Shown one piece after another: positions 9,954-19,407 of a DNA stretch of 61,391 nt. The first letter of the stretch is position 1. The number at the start of each line of letters is the position of its first letter. Made by a program: the position numbers and the translations under genes. The stretch covers positions 1 through 61,391 of IMG/VR virus record IMGVR_UViG_3300042866_000779. The stretch is one strand, 5' to 3'. The notes under the pieces are model-generated. The model was not told where the DNA came from, searched no databases, and saw only the letters and a program-made list of their open reading frames with translations. The DNA comes from a virus (Duplodnaviria > Caudoviricetes).

Positions 9954-12491
9954 TTAGCTGCTGATGGCCGTGCCTGCCCCGATGGCAATGAAACTGTTAT
10001 TGCCAAAAGCCACGCCATTCCAGCTAGAGCTAGATGGCAGGGACTGTTGAGCCCATGTAATCCCGTTGGCAGAGTTGGCTGCCGTAGACGAGGTGCTGGC
10101 CACCGCTACGAACTTGCCATTGCCGTAGGTCACCGCTGACCAGCTTGCGGAGGTTGGCATGGTGGTCTGAGCGAAGGCAATCGTGGCAGTGGTCAGTGCC
10201 GCAGCCGGGGTGGGTGTATAGAAAGCCACATTCCCAGTACCCACTACTGCAAAGTTGGTGCCGCCAAACGCCACGCCTTGGGCAACAATCGCTGCCGGGA
10301 AAGTCTTGAGAACCCAAGTTATTCCGTCCGCACTTGCCAGATACTGGTTGGTGGCACCGGCTGGGATCAGTCCCGTGGCTACCATGAGTGGGCTGTTTCC
10401 GCTGCCGGTGGCAACGGAGGTGATGGAGGAGAACGTGGCGGCAACCTGTGCGGCAGTGAAGCCCGTGGTTGAGGTGTTTGCTGGGTTGCTGGCAGTAATC
10501 ATTCCCGTGATGGCAGGGCAGGCAGTCCAGTTTATGCCGTCAGTGCTGTGGGCGGCACGGATGACCCTCACTGCCGTCAGTGCTGTCCCAACGTAGTAGT
10601 TGGTGGTCGTTGACCAGAACGCCACGAACCTGCCAAAGCCAAATCCAAAGGTGACGCCGCCCGTGTCATTGGTGTTTGCGAATGGCCTTGTGCGGCTGAC
10701 CCAGTTCTTGCCATCTGAACTGGTGAAGTAAGGGTTCGTTATCGCCGTGAGAGAGGAGGCTGCCACCCAAGTGCCGTTCCCAAAGACAGGGCGGCTGGCA
10801 ATGGCAACACCGCTGGGAGTCCAAGCCGCACCATCCACGGACCATGCCCCAGAGCCTGTGATAAACAGCCCATTGGAGAAGTTGATCCCTTGGGAACTCC
10901 CGGTGCTTCCCCCGGCAATCCACGATGAGCCGTCAGGGATGGGCCTATTGGTCACAGTCAAGGCAGCAATCAGGCTGTTGGTCTGCCCAAGGGTGGGAGT
11001 GCCAGCCACGCACCGATACCGCTTGCCATTGTCCGCAAGCACAGGAGTAAACGTGTAGGTGTTTGTGCCAGCCCCGGCGATGTCAGTGAACGTAGCCCCG
11101 TTGTCAGTAGATACCTGCCACTTGAAGACAATCGGGCCTTCCGTGGACTGGGCATTGGCGGTAAAGGTCGCCTGCTCTCCAGCAAATGCAGCCGTGGCCA
11201 CTGGGTTCAGGGTGAACGAAGTGGTCTGAGTAACCTGAGGATTAGGAAGAACGAGATTCAAGACTTGGTTTGGGGGAGTCCCGGTGATGGTGGCACTGGC
11301 AGCCCCGGTGGTGATCGTGCCGATGGTCAGGCTGTTGACGGCGGGCTCGGCAGGAGCGGGAAAGCGGAAGCTGATGGTCTGGGCAGGGGCCACGCCAGTG
11401 AGCGTGACAAGCGGATCAGAGCCAGCCGTGCCGGAAGTGACGGTGCCAACAGTCAGGGTATTGGGCGGGCCAGCCGGACCTACAGGACCCACATCTCCCT
11501 TTACGCCTTGGCTTCCAGTGTCGCCCTTAGGCAATACAAGACTCAAGGTCTGGTTGGGGGAAATGCCTGTCAGTGCGGCTTGTGCGATTGGGCCACTAGA
11601 AACAGTGCCGATAGCCAGTGTGGTGGGCGGGCCGGGTAACCCAACAGGGCCGGTGGGTCCAACGTCGCCTTGAACTCCAGCCGGTCCACGAAGCGGACCT
11701 ACGTTCACCCAGCTAGAGCCCGTCCACAGAACACCGTCACCAACAGACGCAGGGCCAATGCTTGAGGAAGGGGCACCCGTCAGAGAGCCAGTCGTGCCCA
11801 AGATGTACAGGTCATTGACCGCTGGGGTTGGGACAGGGGGAAAGGACGAGGCTGTTCCCTTGATGACAGCACTGGCTCCGATGTCGCCTTTGGGTCCAGT
11901 GTCGCCTTTATCGCCCTTAATTCCCTGACTCCCGGGGCTTCCGGCTTCACCCTTCTCTCCTCTAGGAAGAACAAGGCTAATAGTCTGGTCGGGGGCATTT
12001 CCGGTGATGGTGGCGGCAGCGTTTACCCCGGCCACCACCGTGCCGATCTTCAGGGAGTTGGTGGCCCCGGGTAGCCCGGTGTCACCTCGGGGGATTACGA
12101 AGTTCAGCTTCTGGCTGGGGGCTTCTCCCGTCAGGGTCACGCTGGTGATCGGGCCGCTGGCAACAGTGCCGATAGACAACACGGTGGCTGGACCGGCTGC
12201 ACCAACAGAGCCTTGCTCACCACGTTCGCCGCGAGGACCCGGTGGACCAAAAGGACCCGCCACGCCTTGGGGACCGGGCTCACCCGGCACACCAATGCTC
12301 ATCTGATAGGCCAAGTTCTTGTAGGGGGTCTTGCCATCCCCAACCTTGAACCGGCCTGTATCAGTCTCGTGGGCACACTCGCCTAGTCCCAGCACAGGGT
12401 TGGCCGTAGCCCACTCCATAGCAGGGCGGCTCACCATCCTGAATGGGGAAGTGGCGGGCTGGTAGTCGCATGTACTGGGCACGAAGGCCAT
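9954..12491 (-). CDS. Tail fibre: Mtd-N/hyaluronidase-like N-terminal domain, collagen repeats, Ig-like domain, BNR-like repeats
   Basis: WATANPVLGLGECAHETDTGRFKVGDG; G-X-Y runs; FKWQVSTDNG...YRCVA; SxDGxxW repeats. Confidence 0.8.
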   Translation of the reverse strand: MAFVPSTCDYQPATSPFRMVSRPAMEWATANPVLGLGECAHETDTGRFKVGDGKTPYKNLAYQMSIGVPGEPGPQGVAGPFGPPGPRGERGEQGSVGAAGPATVLSIGTVASGPITSVTLTGEAPSQKLNFVIPRGDTGLPGATNSLKIGTVVAGVNAAATITGNAPDQTISLVLPRGEKGEAGSPGSQGIKGDKGDTGPKGDIGASAVIKGTASSFPPVPTPAVNDLYILGTTGSLTGAPSSSIGPASVGDGVLWTGSSWVNVGPLRGPAGVQGDVGPTGPVGLPGPPTTLAIGTVSSGPIAQAALTGISPNQTLSLVLPKGDTGSQGVKGDVGPVGPAGPPNTLTVGTVTSGTAGSDPLVTLTGVAPAQTISFRFPAPAEPAVNSLTIGTITTGAASATITGTPPNQVLNLVLPNPQVTQTTSFTLNPVATAAFAGEQATFTANAQSTEGPIVFKWQVSTDNGATFTDIAGAGTNTYTFTPVLADNGKRYRCVAGTPTLGQTNSLIAALTVTNRPIPDGSSWIAGGSTGSSQGINFSNGLFITGSGAWSVDGAAWTPSGVAIASRPVFGNGTWVAASSLTAITNPYFTSSDGKNWVSRTRPFANTNDTGGVTFGFGFGRFVAFWSTTTNYYVGTALTAVRVIRAAHSTDGINWTACPAITGMITASNPANTSTTGFTAAQVAATFSSITSVATGSGNSPLMVATGLIPAGATNQYLASADGITWVLKTFPAAIVAQGVAFGGTNFAVVGTGNVAFYTPTPAAALTTATIAFAQTTMPTSASWSAVTYGNGKFVAVASTSSTAANSANGITWAQQSLPSSSSWNGVAFGNNSFIAIGAGTAISS

Positions 12492-12493
12492 GA

Positions 12494-12664
12494 TTACTCC
12501 TCTGTTTCAACCGCAATGCTCCGTGCCTTCGCACACTCGGCCTTGACCGCAGCCAGTGCCGCATCTTGCTCGGCTGCGATCGTTGCTTCTTCTTCTCGCC
12601 GCTTCTTCATGTCTTCAAGCATGGCGGCACGGTCGGCGGCTTCCTGGTCGATTTCGTCAGACAT
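12494..12664 (-). CDS. Small acidic helical protein (56 aa, MSDEIDQEAADRAAML...), possible fibre chaperone
   Basis: Read manually; AGGAG SD; fills the gap between fibre genes. Confidence 0.6.
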   Translation of the reverse strand: MSDEIDQEAADRAAMLEDMKKRREEEATIAAEQDAALAAVKAECAKARSIAVETEE

Positions 12665-12673
12665 GGCGAACTC

Positions 12674-14080
12674 CTATAGGGCTGTAAGGGCTAATTTCTT
12701 CCAAGCGGTTCCGGTACGGATGTAGAGGAAGTTTTCATCCCACCGCATTGAGCCAGCCGCCGCAGCGGTTCCGGCGGTCGGGGTGCTGGCAGAGCCGCCG
12801 ATCACGGCGGGGCTGGGGATCGACCCGTTTGCGAAGGCGTGAGCCGTGCCGCTGGAGGTGATGTTGCCCACGACTTCCAGCGGGCCGCGTAGCATTGTGT
12901 CGCCGCCGACCTCTAGCTGATGGGTGGGCGTTGACCAGTTGAACCCAAAAAAGCATTCAGCGGAGCCTAAGGGAATGTAGCATCCTGTTTTGCTCGTGAG
13001 CCGGAAAATCGAAGACTGTGTGTTGCGCCCCTGAACAGTGAATTCCCAAGACGAATCACCGTCGGTGTCGCCTGCCATCTGGTCAGTCACAGCGGAGACG
13101 ATGAGGCTGCCGTACCCGACGCCGCCGCCTTGAAAAGCAATGGCGCCGAGCCTGTCGCCCGCCTTTACCATTTGTGGCGAACTTTCGGCTCCCCTCCACC
13201 GACGCAGCCGGATGGTGCTTCCGCTGATTGGCGTGTCGCTGTAGGTGAAAAGGCTTGACGCCGCCATGCCACCGGATCCGGTGCCGACAACGCTGACGCC
13301 ACCCTTCGCGTCCACTGCGGCACTTGGCCTGACGATTAGCTGACCCGTCATCGTGTCCCCCGCCATCTCCACATAACGAGCATCCCCCTGAGTTTGAGTC
13401 AGGGCACCAACTTGGGCAGCGGTGGGGAGCGGGTGAACGTGATCGGCGCGGGAATAGGTAGACAGAGAGCCCGTGTCAGCAGTAGCTGCAAGTGCAAGCG
13501 GAGCGGTGGAAGCCGGTAGCGGGGGGGATGCTGGGGTTGTCCAAGCCAGTTTCCCGTTGGCATAGGCCGTAAGAACCTGCCCGTTCGTGCCGCGAGTTGT
13601 GGGGTAGTTGTTGTCTCCAATGGTAATTGTTGACGCAGCCAAGCCGAGTGAAACATTGTTGGTGGCATGGTCGCTGAAAAAGACTGCCCTAGACGCCCCA
13701 CCCATGCCTGAGGTAATCCGCAGTTGTCCGGCGGCAGGGGCGGATATTAAGTGGTAGTCAGTTGCATTACCGAGCGTAACAGAAGTGGGAGTAATGGCCC
13801 CAAGGGAAATCGTAATGGCAGGGGTGGTGGCATCCGTGTCAACAGTGCCGCTAACGCCATTGGCTGAGACAACACTTACTTTAGTAACCGTGCCGCTACC
13901 CCCAACAACAGTAGGGGTATAGATCAAGCCGTCTGTGCCAAGGCGAGAGGCATTGTTGGCATCTAGGGAAACAGCCGTGGGTCCCGGCACACCAGCATCG
14001 CCCTTGGCTCCATCATCGCCCTTAGGGCCTTTGATAGAGTGCCAAGTTGCGCCGTCATAAACTTGAACGTCTTTAGCCAC
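12674..14080 (-). CDS. Tail fibre protein
   Basis: Short collagen segment, YSRADHVHP and GDTMTG fibre motifs. Confidence 0.75.
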   Translation of the reverse strand: MAKDVQVYDGATWHSIKGPKGDDGAKGDAGVPGPTAVSLDANNASRLGTDGLIYTPTVVGGSGTVTKVSVVSANGVSGTVDTDATTPAITISLGAITPTSVTLGNATDYHLISAPAAGQLRITSGMGGASRAVFFSDHATNNVSLGLAASTITIGDNNYPTTRGTNGQVLTAYANGKLAWTTPASPPLPASTAPLALAATADTGSLSTYSRADHVHPLPTAAQVGALTQTQGDARYVEMAGDTMTGQLIVRPSAAVDAKGGVSVVGTGSGGMAASSLFTYSDTPISGSTIRLRRWRGAESSPQMVKAGDRLGAIAFQGGGVGYGSLIVSAVTDQMAGDTDGDSSWEFTVQGRNTQSSIFRLTSKTGCYIPLGSAECFFGFNWSTPTHQLEVGGDTMLRGPLEVVGNITSSGTAHAFANGSIPSPAVIGGSASTPTAGTAAAAGSMRWDENFLYIRTGTAWKKLALTAL

Positions 14081-14604
14081 TATGCCACCTTGTTAGTGCT
14101 GACTGGTTGTGGGCCACGCATGACGAACTCGCCCAGCGGCATGGTGCCGATGGCGACTTCTCCGGTGCGGTGGTATCGGGTGTGATCTGCCTTGGTTGGA
14201 AACACCCAGAGGTTGTCTGGGCTGTTGTTTTTTTGGTCGTTGTCGCAGTGGTGAACTGTCTCGTCCGCTGTGAGCTTTCGGCCAAGAATCGTTTCTGCCA
14301 TAGCACGGTGGGCCTGAACTCGCTTGCCGTCCACGGTGACCTTGAGGCAGGAGCGACCAGACCACTTGGCCTGCATGGGGGTGAACTGGTCTTTCCGTTT
14401 GGCTGCGATCTTGGCGTTTCTCTCAGGGCGGTGCATTGGAAGTGCTTCGATGCCATGCTTCTTCATCAGCCTCTGAACCTGCGACTGGCCACACCCAAGC
14501 TGGGCTGCCATCTCCCTCTGGGACATCCGGCGATCATGGTGCATCTCACGGAGTTGCTCTGCGGTAACATGAACTTTTGGGCTTGATGGCGACCAATCTC
14601 TCAT
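14080..14604 (-). CDS. HNH homing endonuclease with N-terminal HTH
   Basis: MSQREMAAQLGCGQSQV HTH; AHRAMAE...VHHCDNDQKNNSPDNL. Confidence 0.85.
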   Translation of the reverse strand: MRDWSPSSPKVHVTAEQLREMHHDRRMSQREMAAQLGCGQSQVQRLMKKHGIEALPMHRPERNAKIAAKRKDQFTPMQAKWSGRSCLKVTVDGKRVQAHRAMAETILGRKLTADETVHHCDNDQKNNSPDNLWVFPTKADHTRYHRTGEVAIGTMPLGEFVMRGPQPVSTNKVA

Positions 14605-14684
14605 TGCTCTTCCTCCAAGGGGGGCGGTGGCATTTCCACCAGCGTACCCCCCTGATTCTTGGGGTTTGTTAGGAACCCCCTCGC

Positions 14685-15152
14685 TCAGGGGTCCACCCAG
14701 ACATCGCCCGCCGCAGCCGTGGCTGGCTGGGAGTTCTGGACACTGACCTTGATGGATTTGCCATCCTCACCGGCCTGACCGTCCACGCCGGGGGCACCAT
14801 CGGCACCATCGGCACCGTCATTACCGGCATCGCCCTTATCGCCACGTTCGCCCTTGGGGCCACGGATGGGGCCAACGTCTTCCCATGCAGTGCCCGTCCA
14901 CACCAGACCGGAGCCGGGTTGAGTGCCGGGAGGGAAACCACCCGGAACCGGATCGTCAACGATGTACATATCACCCGTAGCCGGGGTGGCGGACGGCGGG
15001 TAGACGGTGGCCGTGCCCTTGATCGTTACGCCACTGCCGTCTTTGCCGTCATCGCCCGGGTCGCCCTTGAGGCCCTGAGGACCTTCAGGACCTTCGGGGC
15101 CGACAATGCTGACCCAGCGTGTGCCGTCATAGATATATGCGTTCTGTGCCAT
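14685..15152 (-). CDS. Short collagen-like fibre segment protein
   Basis: G-X-Y repeats; shares a module with 9954..12491. Confidence 0.8.
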   Translation of the reverse strand: MAQNAYIYDGTRWVSIVGPEGPEGPQGLKGDPGDDGKDGSGVTIKGTATVYPPSATPATGDMYIVDDPVPGGFPPGTQPGSGLVWTGTAWEDVGPIRGPKGERGDKGDAGNDGADGADGAPGVDGQAGEDGKSIKVSVQNSQPATAAAGDVWVDP

Positions 15153-15175
15153 CTCCGCTCACCTTTCTCTAGGGG

Positions 15176-15379
15176 TTAATCTTTAATCCAAACGTCGCCC
15201 AGTTCTGCGGTTGCAGGCTGGGAAGGTTGTTTACTTACAGAGATGGACTTGCCGTCATCTCCACGGTCGCCTTTATCTCCCTTGGGCCCTTGGGGGCCGG
15301 GAATGTTGCTGCCGCCACCACCACTGCCAGTGGCAATGATCTTCCACTCACCACCATCCCAGTAAGCGATGTTTGCCAT
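15176..15379 (-). CDS. Very short collagen-like fibre segment protein (start MANIAYWDG)
   Basis: GPQGPKGDKGDRGDDG; C-terminus paralogous to 14685..15152. Confidence 0.7.
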   Translation of the reverse strand: MANIAYWDGGEWKIIATGSGGGGSNIPGPQGPKGDKGDRGDDGKSISVSKQPSQPATAELGDVWIKD

Positions 15380-15383
15380 AGTC

Positions 15384-16352
15384 TTATTCCAGTACCAGTG
15401 TTTCGCCGCCCTTGGCAGTGCTGGCAGACCGCCAGACGGCAAGGTCAACTTGATTGGCAACGAGCCGGGTGGCCCCATCACAGTTCGCTATCACCACACC
15501 AGCCGGATGCTTGGAGCGGGCTGACAGCACCTGCAACTCCCAATCCCCCTGCGATAGCGTAGTACATCCGGCTGGCCTGCCGTTCAGGGCAGTCGGATAC
15601 CTAACAGTTTCCTCGCAGGCAGTGCTGTTAGGAGTGAGCCATGAGGTGTATGTTTGCCCGCCGTTTGCAAAAGAGACATCAGAAGGTGGCCCCTGCCATG
15701 AGTCCTCTGGGCCTGTGACAGTTGTTTCGGACAGCAACATCGTCTTGGAGAGGCCGTCTGTGACCTGTGCGGGCTTGACTCCCACCACCATAGTGAAAGG
15801 GGCACCGCCGTGGGCAACGCCGGACTTGGTGGCCTGACCGTAGTTGGTGTTGCCGTAGTTGCAGACGTAGTTCATGCGAACCCTAGCCCAGCGATCCAAG
15901 TCCCATTCGTTCTTCTGGAGCCCGATGTCAGAGGGGCAGGCCATGAATGACAAGGCAAGCATTCCCCTGCGGGCCTCTTTGTTGGCCTCGTTGGTGAAGT
16001 TCTTGTCCTGATCAAACCTCTTGATGGTGGCCTCTGACTCAATGTAGGGCAGGACGTAGCTCAAAAAGCCATGATCGTGATGCCAGCACAAATCCCCGTC
16101 TATCACCGGACTCCTCCTCGCCAGATTGGCATAGCTGCCGTCATAGCACTTGGTGCCACGGGGAAATGTCTTAAGGGCAGACTCATGGCTTAGGCAGGCC
16201 AACGCCAACTGCTTGAGGTTGTTGGTGCAGGTAGTTCTACGGGCCGACTCACGGGCGGCTTGGATGGCCGGGAGGAGCAAGCCAACGAGGGTGCCGATGA
16301 TGGCAATGACCACCAGCAACTCAACGAGGGTGAATGCTTTTCTGTTTTGCAT
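15384..16352 (-). CDS. DUF1559 (SBP_bac_10) prepilin-type N-terminal cleavage/methylation protein with H-X9-DG motif
   Basis: KAFTLVELLVVIAIIGTLVGLLLPAIQAARESARRTTCTNNLKQLALA; ACPSD; DGLSKT; SKHPAGVVIANCDG. Confidence 0.92.
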   Translation of the reverse strand: MQNRKAFTLVELLVVIAIIGTLVGLLLPAIQAARESARRTTCTNNLKQLALACLSHESALKTFPRGTKCYDGSYANLARRSPVIDGDLCWHHDHGFLSYVLPYIESEATIKRFDQDKNFTNEANKEARRGMLALSFMACPSDIGLQKNEWDLDRWARVRMNYVCNYGNTNYGQATKSGVAHGGAPFTMVVGVKPAQVTDGLSKTMLLSETTVTGPEDSWQGPPSDVSFANGGQTYTSWLTPNSTACEETVRYPTALNGRPAGCTTLSQGDWELQVLSARSKHPAGVVIANCDGATRLVANQVDLAVWRSASTAKGGETLVLE

Positions 16353-16354
16353 TG

Positions 16355-17170
16355 TCAGTAAGCTGCCTTCCATCGAATGCCAGAGAAGTTGCATTCGTTA
16401 GAGTTCAGGCCGGGGCTCACCTTGATGTCGCGGTTGGTGTTGTGAACAGTGCAGAATCCGTAGGTGACGGCAGTGCCTTTATTCCGAATCGCCAGAGGGT
16501 ACATGGCCTCAAGTTCTGCAAGCGGGAACTGAGGAGGCATTCGGAGCGGCACCCACTCGTTAATGGCAGTGACGAACGTCAGTGTGCCCTTCAACTCAAT
16601 GAACCCGCCAAGCATTCGGGCTTGAATCTGCGTTGAGGTCGTTTCCTTCGTGCCTTCCATTCGGATGATCGGTGTCCAGTCAATGTCTGCCGGTGGTGCC
16701 TTGGTGCCACCTACCAGCATCAGCTTCACCTCGTCCAGCACAGACTTCTTGAAAGCGGCCAAGGCTGGGTCGTTGATCGACGGCGAGGCAATCGGGCTGA
16801 TTACAGCCAGCTTGTCATCGACCTGCTTGCGGGAGTACAGCATCAAGGCCATTTGGTTATCAAAGTCGGCCTTTGAAAACGCTTGGTCGATCCGCATGAA
16901 GCGGTCATCGGCCTGCTTCTGGGTGTAAACGTCAGCCCTGTAAGCGAACTGGCCAACGTCCACAAGTGTGAGGAACTTGCCGTCGCACTCAGTCTTCGTG
17001 TAGGTCTTGGTCTTCTCCGCATACGTTGCGGCGACAATTTGCTGCGTGGCTTCAAGTGCGGTTGTGGTGGCATACTTGAAGTCTGTTTCGCCCTTCGTGT
17101 AGGCATCTACGGACGGGGCACTGGTATTGCCAGAGGGAAAGACGTTGGGGAAGAGGGATGGCCTTGTCAT
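16355..17170 (-). CDS. Putative tail fibre/receptor-binding protein
   Basis: YTKxExD repeats; C-terminal domain paralogous to 17170..19404. Confidence 0.65.
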   Translation of the reverse strand: MTRPSLFPNVFPSGNTSAPSVDAYTKGETDFKYATTTALEATQQIVAATYAEKTKTYTKTECDGKFLTLVDVGQFAYRADVYTQKQADDRFMRIDQAFSKADFDNQMALMLYSRKQVDDKLAVISPIASPSINDPALAAFKKSVLDEVKLMLVGGTKAPPADIDWTPIIRMEGTKETTSTQIQARMLGGFIELKGTLTFVTAINEWVPLRMPPQFPLAELEAMYPLAIRNKGTAVTYGFCTVHNTNRDIKVSPGLNSNECNFSGIRWKAAY

Positions 17171-19404
17171 TAGTAAGCCGCCTTTACCTTGATGCCGGTG
17201 AGGAAAATGTCGTTGGCTCTGGATGCTGTGTCGAAGCCTAAGTTGGCACTGAGTGAACTAAATGTGACATAGGCCGCAACTGCCACACTGCCGGAAGTGA
17301 CCCTTGCGGCGGCGGGGACACTGGTATTGAGTTCGGCAAAGGGGAAACCCACAGGAAGTCGGCAAAACGACTGATCGCCCGTCGTGCCGCTTGGGTATGA
17401 GAGGGTGCCTCGCAACTCAATCACACCACCAATCATTCGGGCCTGTGCGGTTGGGTGATCTCCGCTGCCGAAATTACGGCAAGCTGTCCAGCCAATGTCC
17501 GCAGGGGGTTGTTTCGTTCCACCGGCAAGCATCAAGGCCACGGCATCAAGGATGGACTTCTTGAGTGCGGCGTTGGATGCGTCGTTGATGTTGCTCGTCG
17601 CCGCCGACTTGGACTCAAGGCTCTTGATCCGGGTGTCGAGGGCCGCAGTGGTTGTCGTGGTTGCCCTTGTGGACTCAAGGGTATTAATGCGGGCGTCGAG
17701 TGCAGCGACCGTGACAGTTGTAGAGAACTGGCTGGTGTCGATAGCCGGGAAGAGGGTATCAAGGTCGGACTTGTAGACGAGGTATTCGTTCGTCAGCCCC
17801 ATGGTGAGGACAAGACGCTCACCGTATCCCTCTCCGCTGTCTGTGTAGGCCAGAGCGACAGGAGGTAGAGCCGAGTCACCAAACCCAACCGCCTGAGCCA
17901 CAACGGTCTTGGCGAGAAGGTTCTGGGTGTTGTCCGACTTGGCAGCATACCGATCATCGGATTCAGGCCGCGTGTAGATGCTGTCGAAGACTGCTTGAAG
18001 CTGGGTTGTGATGAGCGTGGTCGTGGAGATCGGGGCATAGCCAGACAGGTCAGACAGGTAGGCGACCGTGTTCTCGGGCCCGCCAGCCACCTGAGTGATG
18101 AGCCGGTCACCGGCAGCACCCATGCCCAGTTCGTTGAGATCAAAACCCCCGGCCTGAAGATTCGACACTGAAACGTCTTGGCTAACCAGCGCGGCAATGA
18201 TGTTGGCTGAAGTGAACTCGTCGCCATGAACAAGGGTGTGAATGGCCTTGCCGTCATTCCAATTCAGTCGCCAGTGGTCACCTTCTTTGGCCGGAGTCAG
18301 AGATAAGCCGCCCTTCCATGCAATCGGGGAGTTGGCATCCCCTGTCAGCGACACCATGGAGGGTTCAATCTCAACGTCCCGAATGGCATCCAGAACGTCG
18401 ATCTGGCCAGTTCCGATGTCAGTGCCCAGATTGGACACGATCTCTTGGAGAGAGGTGATCTGACCCAGAAGCACATTGTCGTTGGCAATGGAAAAGTCCT
18501 TGTCGGCTTCCAGCTTGGCATCGACTTCGGACTTGGTGTAAACGTCATCTTTCTGGACAACCGTTTCAAACCCCTGATTCAGGAGCCGGAAATACTCTCT
18601 GAACTCAGACTCCAATGTGCCGTACTGGCCTTGAAAGGCAGCAAACTCAGACTGATCGGCCTTGCCAGCAACGAGCCCGTTTACCTCCATGATGGAGTTC
18701 ATCAGGGTGGTGCTAAGAGTTGCCACCGTGGTCTGGTCGGCCTTGAGTGCCAGCTTGGCTTCAGTCTGGATGCCGATCTGTTCCGCGACGAAAGGGATTT
18801 GGTCGGCAACGCTCTGCACCCCAAGGTTGGCATCGTCCACGCCTTGCTGAAGAACTGCGACCTTGGCATCCACCTCTGGCTTGGTGTAGTAGCTGGACAG
18901 GTCAACCGTGCCACCGCTACCGACCAGCTTGAAGATGTCAACGATCTCCGGGTCGCCAAACGGCTGATCCAGCCTGTCGCCCTTGACCCTAAACCACTTC
19001 CCGTCAGCATTCTGCGTGACAATCATTGACGGGTTTTCGGGGGTGGGCAGGCCCGCCGAAGACTTGACGATCTGGGCAACCGACTTGACGGCACCAGTGA
19101 TCGTAATGGTTGTCTGATATTCTCCACGCAAGACAGCAACAAGAGAGCCGTTGTCTGGGTAGTAATGCAATCCATTGGACAGGACCGCAAAAGAGTCTTC
19201 TAGCTCTTGCGGGGTTGGGTCACCGGAGAGCGGCACAGGGGGCGACCCAGCGTGGACAGTGATGGCGGGTTCGCCGCCTCCTGCTGGCAGATTTGCAATC
19301 AGGGCATCTACTTCAAGGTCGGTGTAGACCCCCACGATCCCGTTGGTGAAACGGGCTGAGTCCGGGTAAACCTTGATCGGGGCCGGTCTGGCTGGGGATG
19401 GCAT
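17170..19404 (-). CDS. Putative tail fibre protein with coiled-coil segments
   Basis: DLSSYYTKPEVD, LALKADQ and YTKSEVD fibre motifs. Confidence 0.7.
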   Translation of the reverse strand: MPSPARPAPIKVYPDSARFTNGIVGVYTDLEVDALIANLPAGGGEPAITVHAGSPPVPLSGDPTPQELEDSFAVLSNGLHYYPDNGSLVAVLRGEYQTTITITGAVKSVAQIVKSSAGLPTPENPSMIVTQNADGKWFRVKGDRLDQPFGDPEIVDIFKLVGSGGTVDLSSYYTKPEVDAKVAVLQQGVDDANLGVQSVADQIPFVAEQIGIQTEAKLALKADQTTVATLSTTLMNSIMEVNGLVAGKADQSEFAAFQGQYGTLESEFREYFRLLNQGFETVVQKDDVYTKSEVDAKLEADKDFSIANDNVLLGQITSLQEIVSNLGTDIGTGQIDVLDAIRDVEIEPSMVSLTGDANSPIAWKGGLSLTPAKEGDHWRLNWNDGKAIHTLVHGDEFTSANIIAALVSQDVSVSNLQAGGFDLNELGMGAAGDRLITQVAGGPENTVAYLSDLSGYAPISTTTLITTQLQAVFDSIYTRPESDDRYAAKSDNTQNLLAKTVVAQAVGFGDSALPPVALAYTDSGEGYGERLVLTMGLTNEYLVYKSDLDTLFPAIDTSQFSTTVTVAALDARINTLESTRATTTTTAALDTRIKSLESKSAATSNINDASNAALKKSILDAVALMLAGGTKQPPADIGWTACRNFGSGDHPTAQARMIGGVIELRGTLSYPSGTTGDQSFCRLPVGFPFAELNTSVPAAARVTSGSVAVAAYVTFSSLSANLGFDTASRANDIFLTGIKVKAAY

Positions 19405-19407
19405 GGG

